A stretch of 64,000 bases of DNA from an uncultured cyanobacterium (GCA_963719515.1 CAVRCJ010000010.1:608001-672000); one strand, 5' to 3'. Positions 8,560 through 19,800 are shown, counted from the stretch's first letter. Numbers and translations are program-made. The notes: generated by a model not told the origin, from the letters alone.

Positions 8560-10944
8560 TTATCGAGGAATTAGATTAATTTTTTGGCGAAGTCTCTCTT
8601 CAAATGATAAGCACATACTTTTAAGAATAGGCTCATACTTTTGGTCGCCAAGCCTGACGATTACAAATTCCGGAAGAGACCTATCATAAGAAATCGAGAC
8701 CACTCCAGCTAATCCCTCTGCCTGAATTTGCGAGGTCATCAACTGCTGCAACTGCTTTGCCTTGCTTCTGCCTATCTCGATCCAGTAAACCAATGCCTTG
8801 GCAGGTGGATCATCTATAGGAGGTGAGAGAGATTTCACTGGAGGTGAGTTTTCAGGCTGGTCTAGAGACCAATGTTCCTTGTCAAGATTAAAAGACAACA
8901 ATTGGCAGTCCTTTCCCTCGCGAAGCCATGCAAGAGAGTAACGATCTGTCTCTGCCAGAACATCCCTGAATGAAGCTAGATTAATTACCACGTTACCCAA
9001 TCCATCGGCCTTCCTCAAAATGCTTATCTTATCTTCTCCATTGGTCAGCTCAAAGCTGGCTTCTTCTAGAGGCCAAAGTCCTTTGATGGTAAGTTCTTCG
9101 AGCCAAAAATCTTGGTTTTCTGGACAACCTACTGGAAAATCTTGAATCAAAATTTTCTGCCGATCGAGTATGTTGATGTCTTGCGTAGATGAGAAGTGGC
9201 TGAGCTGAAAATCTTCATGAATCTGAAATTTTTCTGCCCACTGCGTATTGCTATTCCATAGCTGAAGATTATAAGTGCCAGAGGTTTGAATCCATTGACG
9301 TAAATTTACCTCCTGCCAGCCTGTACTAGCCGCGATAGTAATTTGCTCATTGGGTTGGGTAATGGCTACACGTCTCGTCAGATCTTCTATTAGTATGTTT
9401 AGAGTCTCAGCAAGAATCTCTGGAGGATGCCAGAGAGTAGGGGTCCCGAGAAAACTGACGTTATGACTTTTTAGATGAATTCCTTGTAATTTTGGTTGCA
9501 GGCACCTATTTCTATCCCAAGATATTTTTTGAACAAGGCTACCCAACCGCAAGGTAATATCCGCACTGCTTCCCCTACGTTGTATAAGATGACCTCGCCA
9601 ATTATGGAGGCTACAAGGCACAAAACTGTCAATTAGTTCTATGTTTTCTCCATAGTATCTTTCTACTTCGTTAGGGGTAAATAGAATTATTTCGGAAGAA
9701 ATTTGAAGCTGTTCGGGCGATCTCAATTCTCCTGTATCAGCACCAAAGACTAAGCAAATCTGCTCAGATTTGATGCCAAGATGATGCCATTCGAGCAAGG
9801 CAGTGTTTTTGTGAGACCGTAACCGCCAAGTCCACTGTTCGGCAGATTCTGTAATAGTCTGACGTAGTTTAGGGATTTTAATAACACCAGAACGTATGTT
9901 AATCGCCCCTTCCCAGTTTCCTTCAGGAACCGTACAGTAATCTGCCTGTAGTTGCTTCCACTCCTTCCGATAAATTTCTTGTTCTGGAAGCACTAGCTGA
10001 ATGTCAAAAGAGTCAGTAATATCTAGCAGAAGAGATAAAGGTTTCCTGCGCTGACTAATAATAGATGAACTGGAGGTTTTCTTTCTACGAGGAGTCAGAA
10101 CGTTGATAAGACTATCCCAGCTACGGAGAAAGAACGTATTAGGGAGTGAATAGTTCTGAAGAACTCGTGTTCGCTGGATTTCATCACGAAGAATCTCTGG
10201 AGATTCGCCCCGACGCTCAAGTTCATGAGCAACGGTAGCCAAGCCTTGCAGCAAAGTGCCAGAAATTGGGTCGGCTTCTTCTTCATCGTCTTCAAGACAG
10301 CTGCTTCTCAGGAAAGTTAGCAAACGGCCCCTATTAGGAAACTTATGCTGACACACATCACAAAGCAACTGAGCTAAGTCAACTGGATCTGCGTGGGCTA
10401 TATCCCACCAGTCATAATTCAAAGCCTGAAGTAAGTCTGCGAAATGCCTCAAGCTCTGACAAGGAATTCCACTTTGCAACCAGAGGCTAGACACGTAACG
10501 ATTAGCTTTGCTAGAGCTAACTAAACCTAACTCTTCAATACCTTGCCAGGCAATTTGTTGTAGAGCATGAGTAGTTCCTTGGCCACAATGGATATCTAAC
10601 CGATCGCAAAGCCCCTGCCAATAACCATGCTTCCCGTCATCATAGTATGCATACTCTGAGAGAGCAAAGGTTACGATTTTAACCCAACTCGTCTCATGTT
10701 TTCCAAAATAGTTGCGTAGTCGAGTTAATGTTATAGACTCTAATCTTCTAAGATTTTCGCTGACAATATCTAATATCTCTTCTGTGGAATCTCTTTCAAT
10801 TTGAACACTGCCAAGAAAACGTTGGCCTGGCGGCAGCTCTTGGTAGTCCCAATGGTTTTGAATTTTCTCCCAAAATTGTTTGGCAATGGCCCTATCCGAG
10901 AGATTGATGAAAGGTCTTGCTGCGACAGAGGTAGAAAGAGTCAT
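8560..10944 (-). CDS. Hypothetical protein, first gene of the helicase operon (possible DruF/DruH-like)
   Basis: 794-aa, AT-richer ORF. N-terminal RYVSSLWLQSGIP motif is reminiscent of Druantia accessory proteins (recollection, unverified). Confidence 0.8.
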   Translation of the reverse strand: MTLSTSVAARPFINLSDRAIAKQFWEKIQNHWDYQELPPGQRFLGSVQIERDSTEEILDIVSENLRRLESITLTRLRNYFGKHETSWVKIVTFALSEYAYYDDGKHGYWQGLCDRLDIHCGQGTTHALQQIAWQGIEELGLVSSSKANRYVSSLWLQSGIPCQSLRHFADLLQALNYDWWDIAHADPVDLAQLLCDVCQHKFPNRGRLLTFLRSSCLEDDEEEADPISGTLLQGLATVAHELERRGESPEILRDEIQRTRVLQNYSLPNTFFLRSWDSLINVLTPRRKKTSSSSIISQRRKPLSLLLDITDSFDIQLVLPEQEIYRKEWKQLQADYCTVPEGNWEGAINIRSGVIKIPKLRQTITESAEQWTWRLRSHKNTALLEWHHLGIKSEQICLVFGADTGELRSPEQLQISSEIILFTPNEVERYYGENIELIDSFVPCSLHNWRGHLIQRRGSSADITLRLGSLVQKISWDRNRCLQPKLQGIHLKSHNVSFLGTPTLWHPPEILAETLNILIEDLTRRVAITQPNEQITIAASTGWQEVNLRQWIQTSGTYNLQLWNSNTQWAEKFQIHEDFQLSHFSSTQDINILDRQKILIQDFPVGCPENQDFWLEELTIKGLWPLEEASFELTNGEDKISILRKADGLGNVVINLASFRDVLAETDRYSLAWLREGKDCQLLSFNLDKEHWSLDQPENSPPVKSLSPPIDDPPAKALVYWIEIGRSKAKQLQQLMTSQIQAEGLAGVVSISYDRSLPEFVIVRLGDQKYEPILKSMCLSFEERLRQKINLIPR

Positions 10945-11036
10945 GGTGGTAATCCAAAAAAAATGCTGGCCGGCGACTCCATAGCAAAACCAGAGGCTCT
11001 ATCGGTTGCTTCATTCTATTGTAATGATGCCCGGTG

Positions 11037-11113
11037 GCTTCAAAGAAATCGCAAGATTGAGATCTTCATGCTGAAAATATCTCAAGGCTTTATTAATCAA
11101 GATTTTTTGAAGC
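11037..11113. promoter_or_regulatory. Nested inverted repeats upstream of the helicase operon; candidate operator
   Basis: Outer arms GCTTCAAAGAAATC (11037-11050) and GATTTTTTGAAGC (11101-11113); inner arms TTGAGAT (11057-11063) and ATCTCAA (11079-11085). Confidence 0.4.
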
Positions 11114-11147
11114 TTTGGTCAGCTTTCCAGTCAGCACTTCCTTTTTA

Positions 11148-12324
11148 TTAGCCAGGGTCGGAGTACAAATTTACTTGCTGTTGAACGGCCTGTCGGTGCT
11201 GTTCAACAAAGGACCCTGGCGATCGCACCTGCGCTTGGCCCATAAATCGATAGACCCAAAAGCTGAATCCTCTCAACGATCGGGACGGCAGCTTCACCAC
11301 ATAGTCCACATACTCAGTTTTGCGATTGAGATGGCCAGGGGGATGGGGCTCAATCTTCTAGGTGGGTGACGTAGAGGGCCTTGAGTGACAAACCCCATCA
11401 CCTTTGGGAAAACCTCAATCCTGACCTTAATCAGCTCCAGTTGACCTGATATTTCTTACTGTTGCGCCTCGGGATCGCCGAGAAATAGCCCCCACCCGTT
11501 TTCTAACAGCTCGTGTGCTAGCCTCAGGTTCCGACGCTGGATGGTCAGACTGCGGCCTCGGGGGTCAAGGATAGTGCATCGGTCTTCTAACCGGTCAATG
11601 CGCGAAATGGCTAGGTGGCCATTGTCACAGGTCTGATAAGTGCGATACCAGGCGATGTCATAGTAGAGCAACTGGAGAGGCCAGACATCAAAGGACTCAG
11701 CCCTATTTCAAACCAGGGGCTAGGCTTGCGGTGCAGCCGGATTCTCTGGCCTTTAGTGATGGCAGATTTAACGGTATCCAAGCAATCGAAGAGATTGCGA
11801 TCGCCAAAGGCCTCAGCAATCTTAACTGGGTCAGTTTCGACAATGGAGCGGTTAAGCTGTGCTCGCACCGGGTCAAACAACTGCTCTTTAGATTCAATTC
11901 CTTTCAGACGGCGGATAAGACGGTTGTAGAGTTCCTAAGGTTGCACGTCTCGCTGGTACTCGGCCTGAGAGTGGAGGACGTTGAGGGCAGCCGTTAGCTC
12001 TTGTTCGCCCATGACCCCAGTGCCTAGATAATAGCCCCAACAGTACATCTGTTTTACAAAAATGCCCATGGACCGCAGAAATGCTAGGTCTTTATAAATG
12101 CTGTGGCTGGAACACTTGATCATGCCACTTTCTTCCTGAGCAACCGCTAGCAGATAGGTTTGTACCTCTTCAAGGGCGTTGTGATGCTTATCGGGGTGTT
12201 CAGACTTCTCTAGGGGCTCTACACCAGGGTGTCGCAGCAGCGTGGCAATCAAGAGCATTAACCGTGCGAAGGCACCGTCATTAAAGTACTTAGACTGTGG
12301 CGACTGCGACTGTTTTGGGGGCAT
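11148..12324 (-). pseudogene. Cyanobacterial WYL-domain transcriptional regulator, disrupted
   Basis: Track ORFs 11935-12324, 11611-11880 and 11456-11671 join into one protein: AFARLMLLIATLLRHPG...QP*ELYNRL...PVRAQLNRSIV...(frameshift)VWPLQLLYYDIAWY...LLENGWGLFLG...QQ*...LPSRSL...WVYRFMGQAQV...YSDPG*. In-frame stops at 11935 and 11456 plus frameshifts. Confidence 0.8.
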
Positions 12325-12408
12325 GCTGTTGTCGTTTGCTCTAAAGCTAGTATTTGAACATTAGCCTAGTCAGGCTACATAACAACCAATCTTTAGAGTC
12401 CATGAGCA

Positions 12409-12446
12409 ATCTCTCTTCCCGTAAAATAGTTTGTGGGAAGAGAGAT
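12409..12446. terminator. 12-bp perfect inverted repeat ATCTCTCTTCCC/GGGAAGAGAGAT downstream of the YHS gene; terminator-like or operator
   Basis: Arms at 12409-12420 and 12435-12446; no clear U-tract. Confidence 0.45.
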
Positions 12447-12469
12447 CGCCAGCCCCTTACTTCCAAAAC

Positions 12470-12982
12470 CTACTGCTCCAAAATTCCAGGCCACTTCTCA
12501 TTAGCCAGCGAAATGAACCCCGGAATATCCTTCTCCCAACGCGCCTGAATGTCACTACTAAAATTCAGATACAGCTTCCCATCCACAATCGACCAGGCCG
12601 TCGGGTCAATCGGAGCCAAGTTATCTTGGCTAATGGCCCAGGCACAATAGCCGCCATACTGAGGCGCATACTGCTCCGGGTTAGCTGCAAACAAATCTTT
12701 ATTCTCAGCGCTAGAGAACTGCCAGGTTGCCCCCTTCCAGTCATACTCGTGGGCGCTGCTGCCGAGAACAGACTGCCCTTGAGTGAAGTAGGCCACGGGG
12801 TCAGCCCCTTTAATCGCAATGCCGTCTTCAGCGTAGGTTTCCGCCTTCGCGCCAGCCGTGCTTTGCGCCGCGATCGCCAGCGGGTTGAAGCTGCCGCCGG
12901 TGACAGAGCTGTAGGTGGCGGTGACTGCCCCCAAGCCCACGACTGAGGCAGCGGCAATAGCGATCCATTTGCGATTGGTCAT
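12470..12982 (-). CDS. Secreted YHS-domain protein
   Basis: Likely start MTNRKW with a signal peptide; motifs AIKGADPVAYF, FAANPEQYAPQYGGYCAWA, IVDGKLYLN. Confidence 0.9.
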   Translation of the reverse strand: MTNRKWIAIAAASVVGLGAVTATYSSVTGGSFNPLAIAAQSTAGAKAETYAEDGIAIKGADPVAYFTQGQSVLGSSAHEYDWKGATWQFSSAENKDLFAANPEQYAPQYGGYCAWAISQDNLAPIDPTAWSIVDGKLYLNFSSDIQARWEKDIPGFISLANEKWPGILEQ

Positions 12983-13108
12983 GAGGGTCGTCCTTCCGCG
13001 GAGTAGGTTGTCGTTCTGGTAACTTTCGCTATAGTCGCCTTCCGAGCTGAACCTGCTCTGATCCACAGCTGAGAGCAAAATAAATTTGCTGCAGCGGCCT
13101 TGATCGAT

Positions 13109-14707
13109 CTACTGGGGTTGGGGCCGTAAAAACGTCGGCAGGTCGATAATACGACGGCCCTCTTGAAGGGGTTTTTGGCGATCGCGTTCTGGCTCTGAGA
13201 CGAGCTGAGGAGACGGCCAGCCCGCCTGCGGTGAGCTGAGCGGAGTCTCTTGAGGGGTTAGCGGCGCGGGCTGGCCTGCAGCGTCCTCCGCTGCTGGTTC
13301 GGTAAAGGACGCTCGCGCTGGGCTAGAAGGCGGCTCCGGCAAAGTGGGCGCCGAGGCTGTAGCGTTTGCCTGAGGCAGCTTTGGGCCTTGAGCGCTGGCA
13401 GCGTCAGCCTCTGAGGGCCGCAGCTGACTGGCGATCGCCTTTGCCCCCTGAATTACGACGTCGAAGATTGTGTCTACTCCCTCGGCGGGGCTGCGAAGCT
13501 TTGCGGCCTTCGGAGAGAGAGAACTGTTGATTGGCGGTGGGGTGAATGGCTGAGAGGCCTCGGCAGCGGGGGAAGTCGCCTGAGTCGGGGTATCTAGAGC
13601 GCCGACCCTCTGGACTAAGTCTGACCAAAAAGCATCTTCGGCTGACGCGGCAGGGGACTGGGCGCTCTTGGCGTTGGCGTTAAGGGGACTCTCCTCAGCT
13701 GCTGGTGCTGACATCTGAGCTGAAGCATAGATTGAGGCACTAGGCGGGGGATTGGGAACGGGGGCGCTGCTGACAATAGCGTCGGGGGTCGCCGGACTTT
13801 CCTGAGGCTGATGAGCCAGGGTAAACAGCGTGGTTTTGAACCGAGACATTTGGGGAACCTGGGGCTCTGGCTTGAGCGGCTTGATCGCCCCCATAGGCAT
13901 GCCAACGGCGCTAACGGAGGGTTGGGCGGAATTGGCCCGGTGGGCCGACGAACGCGCCTGGGCCGACCAGGTCGGGATGCCGCCTGTCTTGGGCAAAAGC
14001 GGCGAAACTAAAGCGGTGAGGTCATCTTCTAAGGTTGACGCGGCCTGAGCGCTACTGGCCTGAGCGCTACTGGCCTGAGCGCTACTGGCTTCAATGACCT
14101 CAGGCGTCACGTAACTCGGCGGCGGCACCTCCAGACATTTGTCTAGGGCCGTCTTAAACTGAAGCGTATAGCGCTGCTGCCGCTGCAGTCGCTGCTGCAG
14201 CTCCTCGCAGCGTAGCTCAAGATGCTCGATACGGTTCGATTGAGTCCGACAGCGCTTTTGAAAGGCCTGACTGTCTTGCTCTAGCTGCAGCAGCTGCACC
14301 CGGTCAGAATTAACCTGCTGAGCCAGACTCTCGATGCGGATGGCCTGCCGCTGGTTTGCCTGTTGGGCGAACTCTAGCTGATTGAGCAGGTAGGCCACCT
14401 GGGCCTCTGCTGGCGCGCCGTTGGGCAAGGATATTGGCGATGGGGCTTGAGCTTGCCCTGCAGCTAGTTCCTCTTTGAGGTCTTCCACCTGGCTCGAGAG
14501 AAGATGGTTTTGCTGGGTCAGATCCTGCACCAGGTTAATTAATGCGTCTGTTCCTTGCCCTCCCGTTTCTGCATTCTGACTGTTGCCACCATCCCCCTCT
14601 GAGCCCTGACGGCCCTTCCGGTACTGACTTTGCCGTTTGCTGGCACCAGCGCTGATTGCGTTTGGGAAATTAACGCGATCGCCTGAGGGGGGGGTGGATT
14701 CGTTCAT
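13109..14707 (-). CDS. Coiled-coil hypothetical protein with a Pro/Ala/Ser-rich tail
   Basis: 532-aa ORF; Q/E/L-rich heptads, RLQRQQRYTLQFKTALDKCLE block, C-terminal IDLPTF. Confidence 0.8.
   Translation of the reverse strand: MNESTPPSGDRVNFPNAISAGASKRQSQYRKGRQGSEGDGGNSQNAETGGQGTDALINLVQDLTQQNHLLSSQVEDLKEELAAGQAQAPSPISLPNGAPAEAQVAYLLNQLEFAQQANQRQAIRIESLAQQVNSDRVQLLQLEQDSQAFQKRCRTQSNRIEHLELRCEELQQRLQRQQRYTLQFKTALDKCLEVPPPSYVTPEVIEASSAQASSAQASSAQAASTLEDDLTALVSPLLPKTGGIPTWSAQARSSAHRANSAQPSVSAVGMPMGAIKPLKPEPQVPQMSRFKTTLFTLAHQPQESPATPDAIVSSAPVPNPPPSASIYASAQMSAPAAEESPLNANAKSAQSPAASAEDAFWSDLVQRVGALDTPTQATSPAAEASQPFTPPPINSSLSPKAAKLRSPAEGVDTIFDVVIQGAKAIASQLRPSEADAASAQGPKLPQANATASAPTLPEPPSSPARASFTEPAAEDAAGQPAPLTPQETPLSSPQAGWPSPQLVSEPERDRQKPLQEGRRIIDLPTFLRPQPQ
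14042..14089. repeat. 15-nt in-frame tandem repeat x3 (encodes ASSAQ)
   Basis: GGCCTGAGCGCTACT x3. Confidence 0.9.
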
Positions 14708-14854
14708 AGAAGTGCGGATGAGGTAAGGAACGTCTAGGTCAAGGGGGGCGCTGAGTGACGGAGTAATACTGACTATGTGTTATCACAGTTGCTCGCTAGC
14801 GTCCTCTTAGATAATACAAAACTCTAGATTTTGGCGATTTTTGGCGGGCGATTT

Positions 14855-16693
14855 CTAGCGCGATGGGTTGAGCCACTGCAAAAGTTTGACCAGCCGCGTT
14901 TCTATCCACACCAGGCTCTGATCAACCCACTGCAAAACTTGCTCTAGAAAGTGACGCTCATAGCCGAGGGGGGTAGCTTTGGTTTCTAGCCAAGTGGTTT
15001 GCAGTCCCTGAGTCCCCGTAGACAGGGTGATTGACGTATCGCTATCGTCTTCCAGGCTGCCCCCCAAAGCCCTTTCACTTTCAGCCTCTCCGCGCGGGGT
15101 GAGCGGCCCCCCGCCGGTAGGCACATCGGGCCCACTGGCCATATCGCTATCTTGAATCAGCTCTAACGCCAGCTCTGATTTTGGCGCTGTCTCACCGCCC
15201 AGAAGACCGCGTAAATACTGCTCTATCTCGTTGAGCAGGTCGGGGGCTGCCCGATATTCGGGGGAGGGAGAGCTGCTTGTACTGTTGGCCAGCACATTGG
15301 CCTGCGGTGCCTTTGGCGTACTGGCCTGCGTCAGGGTAAGCTCACCGGCCTCAGCAGAGGGGGAATCATCATAGAGTTGTGCTAGGTCGCCTGGCTCGGC
15401 GTCCTCTAACGCGAGACTGTCGCCAGCCGGAATATTTCCCGACTTTCCCCAGGGCCATAGTCCTGCCCACCGCTGCGTAGCAGGAATTGGCAGAGAGGGT
15501 CTCACCGGAGGCAGTTGGGCCTGGTGATCTTGGGCGATTTGGTTAGCGTTTTTCCAGCCCTTTGAGTCACCCTGGTGGTCGGGGTCAAACCAGCGCGGGG
15601 GGGAGGCTATATCGCTACTCTGAGGCTGCATCCAGGCCGGTATCAGCCGAGACCACCAGGACGCTGCGTCCGCTGCAGTCGGGGGAAGAGCCGAGGCGGG
15701 CACACCGCCTAGCGCGGGCTGAGGTAGGGGCTGAGAGCTCGCCTCTAGCAGGGGCTTGAAATTTGTACCCCCCAGCAGCGCCCCCTCGCCATCCCCGGCC
15801 AGGCTTGACAGACTCTCCGCCAGCAGCGCCTCCTGAAACAGATTTGTAGAGACCGCAACGGGGCTGGTCTGCATCCAGGCCATCAGCCGTCGCCAGGCCC
15901 GGACGGGGGGCAGCATCGTCTGGCGATCGCGGGGCAGGGGGAGGGGCACTGCGGGCTGGTGGGCGAGCTGAAAGCGCTTGTGGACCTGCCAAAATTTGGC
16001 CAGCTCTAGTACGAGGCGGCGCTGGAGGTGAGCGGCCTGGGCCGGGGTCAGCAGGTCGTGAACTGCGTTGTTCTGGTCGACGAGGACTAGGCGCTGAGAG
16101 TCGGTGAGGCAGGCAATGCCGCGAATTTTAGGAGCGCTGGGCGGCTGCATCGCGCTGGGCTGCGGCTCAGCTGGCGCTGGGCCCAGCTGAGTGGAATTTG
16201 CTTGGACAGCATTGGTCTGAATAGCATCTGTCTGAACGGCATTTGCCTGAACAAGGTCAAGCTGAGATGCTGGGTCAAGCGGCAGCTCGGGGGTTGGCGC
16301 TGGAGAGGCGATCGCCGTCCTGACTGAGGTGACCGGCAGCGGCAGCGCCAGTAGGTCCAAGCTGCGCAAGGTGTGGCGAATGGGGCTGTCGGAGGTGGGC
16401 AGCGCCCCGGAGGGGACAGGCTGTGGGCTGGGATCAACGGTTTGCTTGACCGTCTGAGCTGCGGACTGGATCTGGGGAAACACGCGCCGGGCCGTTTGCC
16501 CAATTTGGCGGCTCACCACCCGCGTCGACTGAAACGCAGCGTAGACCGGATAGAGGACAATTTGAGCGCTCCAGGCCGCCGCAGTCTTTGCCTGACGTAG
16601 GCGCCTTTGGGCCTGGTCTCTTAGCTTTAGCGATCGCTCTGAGAGGACCGTCAGCAGGCGACTTTTGTAGGGACTAGAAGGCATAGGACTCAA
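14855..16693 (-). CDS. Hypothetical cyanobacterial protein
   Basis: 612-aa ORF; conserved-looking blocks (QIVLYPVY, LVLVDQNN, WMQTSPVAVSTNLFQE, GYERHFLEQVLQWVD) separated by low-complexity linkers. Confidence 0.8.
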   Translation of the reverse strand: MSPMPSSPYKSRLLTVLSERSLKLRDQAQRRLRQAKTAAAWSAQIVLYPVYAAFQSTRVVSRQIGQTARRVFPQIQSAAQTVKQTVDPSPQPVPSGALPTSDSPIRHTLRSLDLLALPLPVTSVRTAIASPAPTPELPLDPASQLDLVQANAVQTDAIQTNAVQANSTQLGPAPAEPQPSAMQPPSAPKIRGIACLTDSQRLVLVDQNNAVHDLLTPAQAAHLQRRLVLELAKFWQVHKRFQLAHQPAVPLPLPRDRQTMLPPVRAWRRLMAWMQTSPVAVSTNLFQEALLAESLSSLAGDGEGALLGGTNFKPLLEASSQPLPQPALGGVPASALPPTAADAASWWSRLIPAWMQPQSSDIASPPRWFDPDHQGDSKGWKNANQIAQDHQAQLPPVRPSLPIPATQRWAGLWPWGKSGNIPAGDSLALEDAEPGDLAQLYDDSPSAEAGELTLTQASTPKAPQANVLANSTSSSPSPEYRAAPDLLNEIEQYLRGLLGGETAPKSELALELIQDSDMASGPDVPTGGGPLTPRGEAESERALGGSLEDDSDTSITLSTGTQGLQTTWLETKATPLGYERHFLEQVLQWVDQSLVWIETRLVKLLQWLNPSR

Positions 16694-16838
16694 ATCAGCT
16701 CACCCGGCAAGACTGGCGCTGAATCTTCTGGCGCTGAGACGCCCAACGCCAAAACCTCTAAACACCAAGACATCAAGAAACCTGTGGGATACTGAAAGGC
16801 GGTTTTGTTCGATAGTTAATACTGGCGATCTCATTGTA

Positions 16839-19800
16839 ATGGCCCTAGCCCACTCTGAACTCAGCCCTGACGCCGATACGGCGGAGACCCGAGCGATTGA
16901 AGCGGCGATCGCCCGGCTGCGGCACTGCTCCCAGATCGATTTGTGCGCCGGCTGGCGGGGTATGGAGGCCGATCTGTCTCTCCAAGAGGCGCTAGACCCG
17001 CAGCGTTGGGCCCGCTGGCCCCTCCTGTCGCTTAACGACAAGGGCCATGTCGCTTGGCCGAAAGGCCAGCGGGTAATTTGGCTGGGGCAGTCGGTGGTCA
17101 TTCCCCAAGCATTGCCCAATGACCAGGGCTATCCGCTCGGCGGGCTGACCCTGCGGCTGGCGCTGCGGTGGTGGGCGGAGGAGACTCAGGTTTATGTCGA
17201 TGGTCGTCTGGTGCAGGAAGGCGATCTCTTTGACTGCTTTGCGCGGGTGCTGCTCCGCCCAGCATCAACGCCAGGGGAGGCTATTTCCGTAGCGCTGCGG
17301 CTGGTGAGCCCCGGACACGACGCGGGGGCGCTGGTGCAGTCCCTAGGGCTGTATGAGCGCCCTGACGCTAGCCCGCCGGAACCAGGCTTTGTGGCCGATG
17401 AAATGGCGGTGCTGCATCAGGTGCTGCAGCGATTTGATCCGAATCAGCTGCCGGTCTTGGCTCAGGCGCTGAGTGAGCTGCCCTGGGACAAGGTTTCAGA
17501 TCGCTCTGCCTTCGACGGAGCGATCGCCCCGCTGCGGCAGCGCCTTTTGCCCTTGGGGGAGGGGGTGCGGCAGCGGCAGATTACCCTGCTGGGCCATGCC
17601 CACCTCGACCTGGCCTGGCTGTGGCCCATTGCCGAAACTTGGGCGGTGGCGGAGCGCACCTTTGAGTCGGTGTTAGACCTGCAGCAGCGCTTTCCCGAGC
17701 TGGTGTTCACCCATTCCACCCCCGCCCTCTACGCCTGGATGGAGGCCCACCGCCCCGAGCTCTTTCAGCGTATCTGCGATCGCGTCCGGTCTGGGCAGTG
17801 GGAGGTGGCGGCGGGGCTGTGGGTGGAGCCGGAGCTGACCTATGTGGGAGGGGAGGCAGTGGCGCGGCAGGTGCTCTACGGCCAGCGATACGTGCTGGAG
17901 CGCTTCGGCCAGCTCAACCGCGTGGCCTGGCTCCCCGACAGCTTTGGCTTTTGCGGCCAGCTGCCCCAGATTTTGCGGCAGGGGGGCGTTGACTACTTCG
18001 CCACTCAAAAGCTGCGCTGGAACGACACTACCCTCTTTCCCCATGAGTGGTTTCGCTGGCAGGCTCCCGACGGGACGAGCGTGATGGGGGTTAATCTGCC
18101 CCCCATCGGCACAGGTATCGACCCGACGCCCATGGCCACCCACCTGTGCGACTGGGAAGCCGCCACCGGCCATCAAACCGCCCTCTGGCTTCCTGGCGTG
18201 GGGGACCACGGCGGCGGCCCCACCGCCGATATGCTGAACCAAGTGCGCCGCTGGCAGCAATCGCCCTTTTTTCCCAAGCTCGGGTTTGGTCAGGTCCACG
18301 ACTTTTTAGACCAGCTTCCCCAAGAAGCCCTGCCCACCTGGACCCAAGACCTCTACCTAGAGTTTCATCGGGGCTGCTACACCACCCACCCCGACCAGAA
18401 GCGCTGGAACCGCCGCTGCGAGCGTCAGCTCTACCAGGCGGAGCTGTTTGCCTCGCTGGCCGCGATTGCGGCGGCAGCGCCCTACCCCCAAACAGAACTC
18501 ACGGGCGCCTGGAAGACCGTTTTGTTTAACCAGTTCCACGACATTCTCCCTGGCTCCGCCGTGCGGGCGGTGTACGAGGAGGTGGACCCCACCTGGGCGG
18601 CGACGGAGGCCATCGCCACCCGAATTACTCACGCGGCCTTAGAGGCGATCGCCGCCCAAATTACCCGACCCGCGCCGCCCGTTTCCGGCGCTCAGCCCTG
18701 GGCGCTGTTCAACAGCCTCAGCTGGTCGCGCGGCGGAATCGTCGCGCTGCCGCTGCCCCAGGGCGAGCAAAGCTGGCGGGCCTACGACGAAGCCGGGGGA
18801 ACAGCGCCGCTGTGTCAGGTTGACCCCGAGGCCCAAACGCTGCTGATCCAGGTCCCAGAGGTGCCCGGGGTGGGCTACCGGCTGCTGTGGCTAGCTCCTG
18901 GCGAACCTGCCTCACCATCACCGCCGCCAGCGGCCTACGTCCTTGAAAACGAGCACCTGCGGGTCACCCTCGACCCCAATACGGGAGCGATCGCTCAAAT
19001 TCTTGACAAAGCCCAAAACCGCAGCGTGCTCAGCGGCCCTGGCCAGCTGCAGGCCTTCCGCGACCAGGGGCAGTACTGGGACGCCTGGAATATCGACCCT
19101 GACTACGAGCAGCACCCGCTGCCGGTGACTTTTGTTTCGATAGCGTGGCAGACCTACGGTCCCCTGCGGCAGTGCGTCCGCGTGGTGCAGCGCATCGGGG
19201 ATTCTGAACTCCAGCAGGACTACCTGCTCGACGCCGGTAGCCCCCAGCTCACCATCCAGACCCAAACCCACTGGCGTGAGCGTCACGTGCTGGTGAAGGC
19301 TGCCTTCCCCCTAACTCTAGAAGCGCCTGAGGCCCTCACCGAGACCCCCTTCGGCGTCACCCCCCGCCCAACGCAGTTTCAGACGCCCGCCCAGCAGGCC
19401 CAGTGGGAAGTCCCTGCCCTCAACTGGAGCGACCTCAGTGACCCTGAGCAAAGCTACGGCGTCTCGCTGCTGAGCGACTACCGCCACGGCTACGACTTTC
19501 AGCCTTCCTGCATGCGGCTGACCCTGCTGCGAGGAGCCTGCTGGCCCGACCCCCTAGCCGATGAGGGTCACCATGCCTGGCGCTACAGCCTCTACCCCCA
19601 CGATGGTCCTTGGGGCCTGCGCACCGTACAGCTGGGCTACGAGCAGCACCACCCGCTGCTGCCGGTGCGCCTGTCGCTCGCCGCTACCCCCACGCTCCCC
19701 AGCACTAGCGCTCTGGTTCAGATGCCCCAAAACGTCATTCTCAGCGCCTTCAAGCGGCAGGAGGACGGCGAAGGCTGGGCGCTGCGGGGGTACGAATGCT

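Noticed and set aside
11148..12450. CRISPR-Cas or CAST locus suggested by the WYL gene
   Set aside because: No cas or tns genes and no repeat-spacer array seen.
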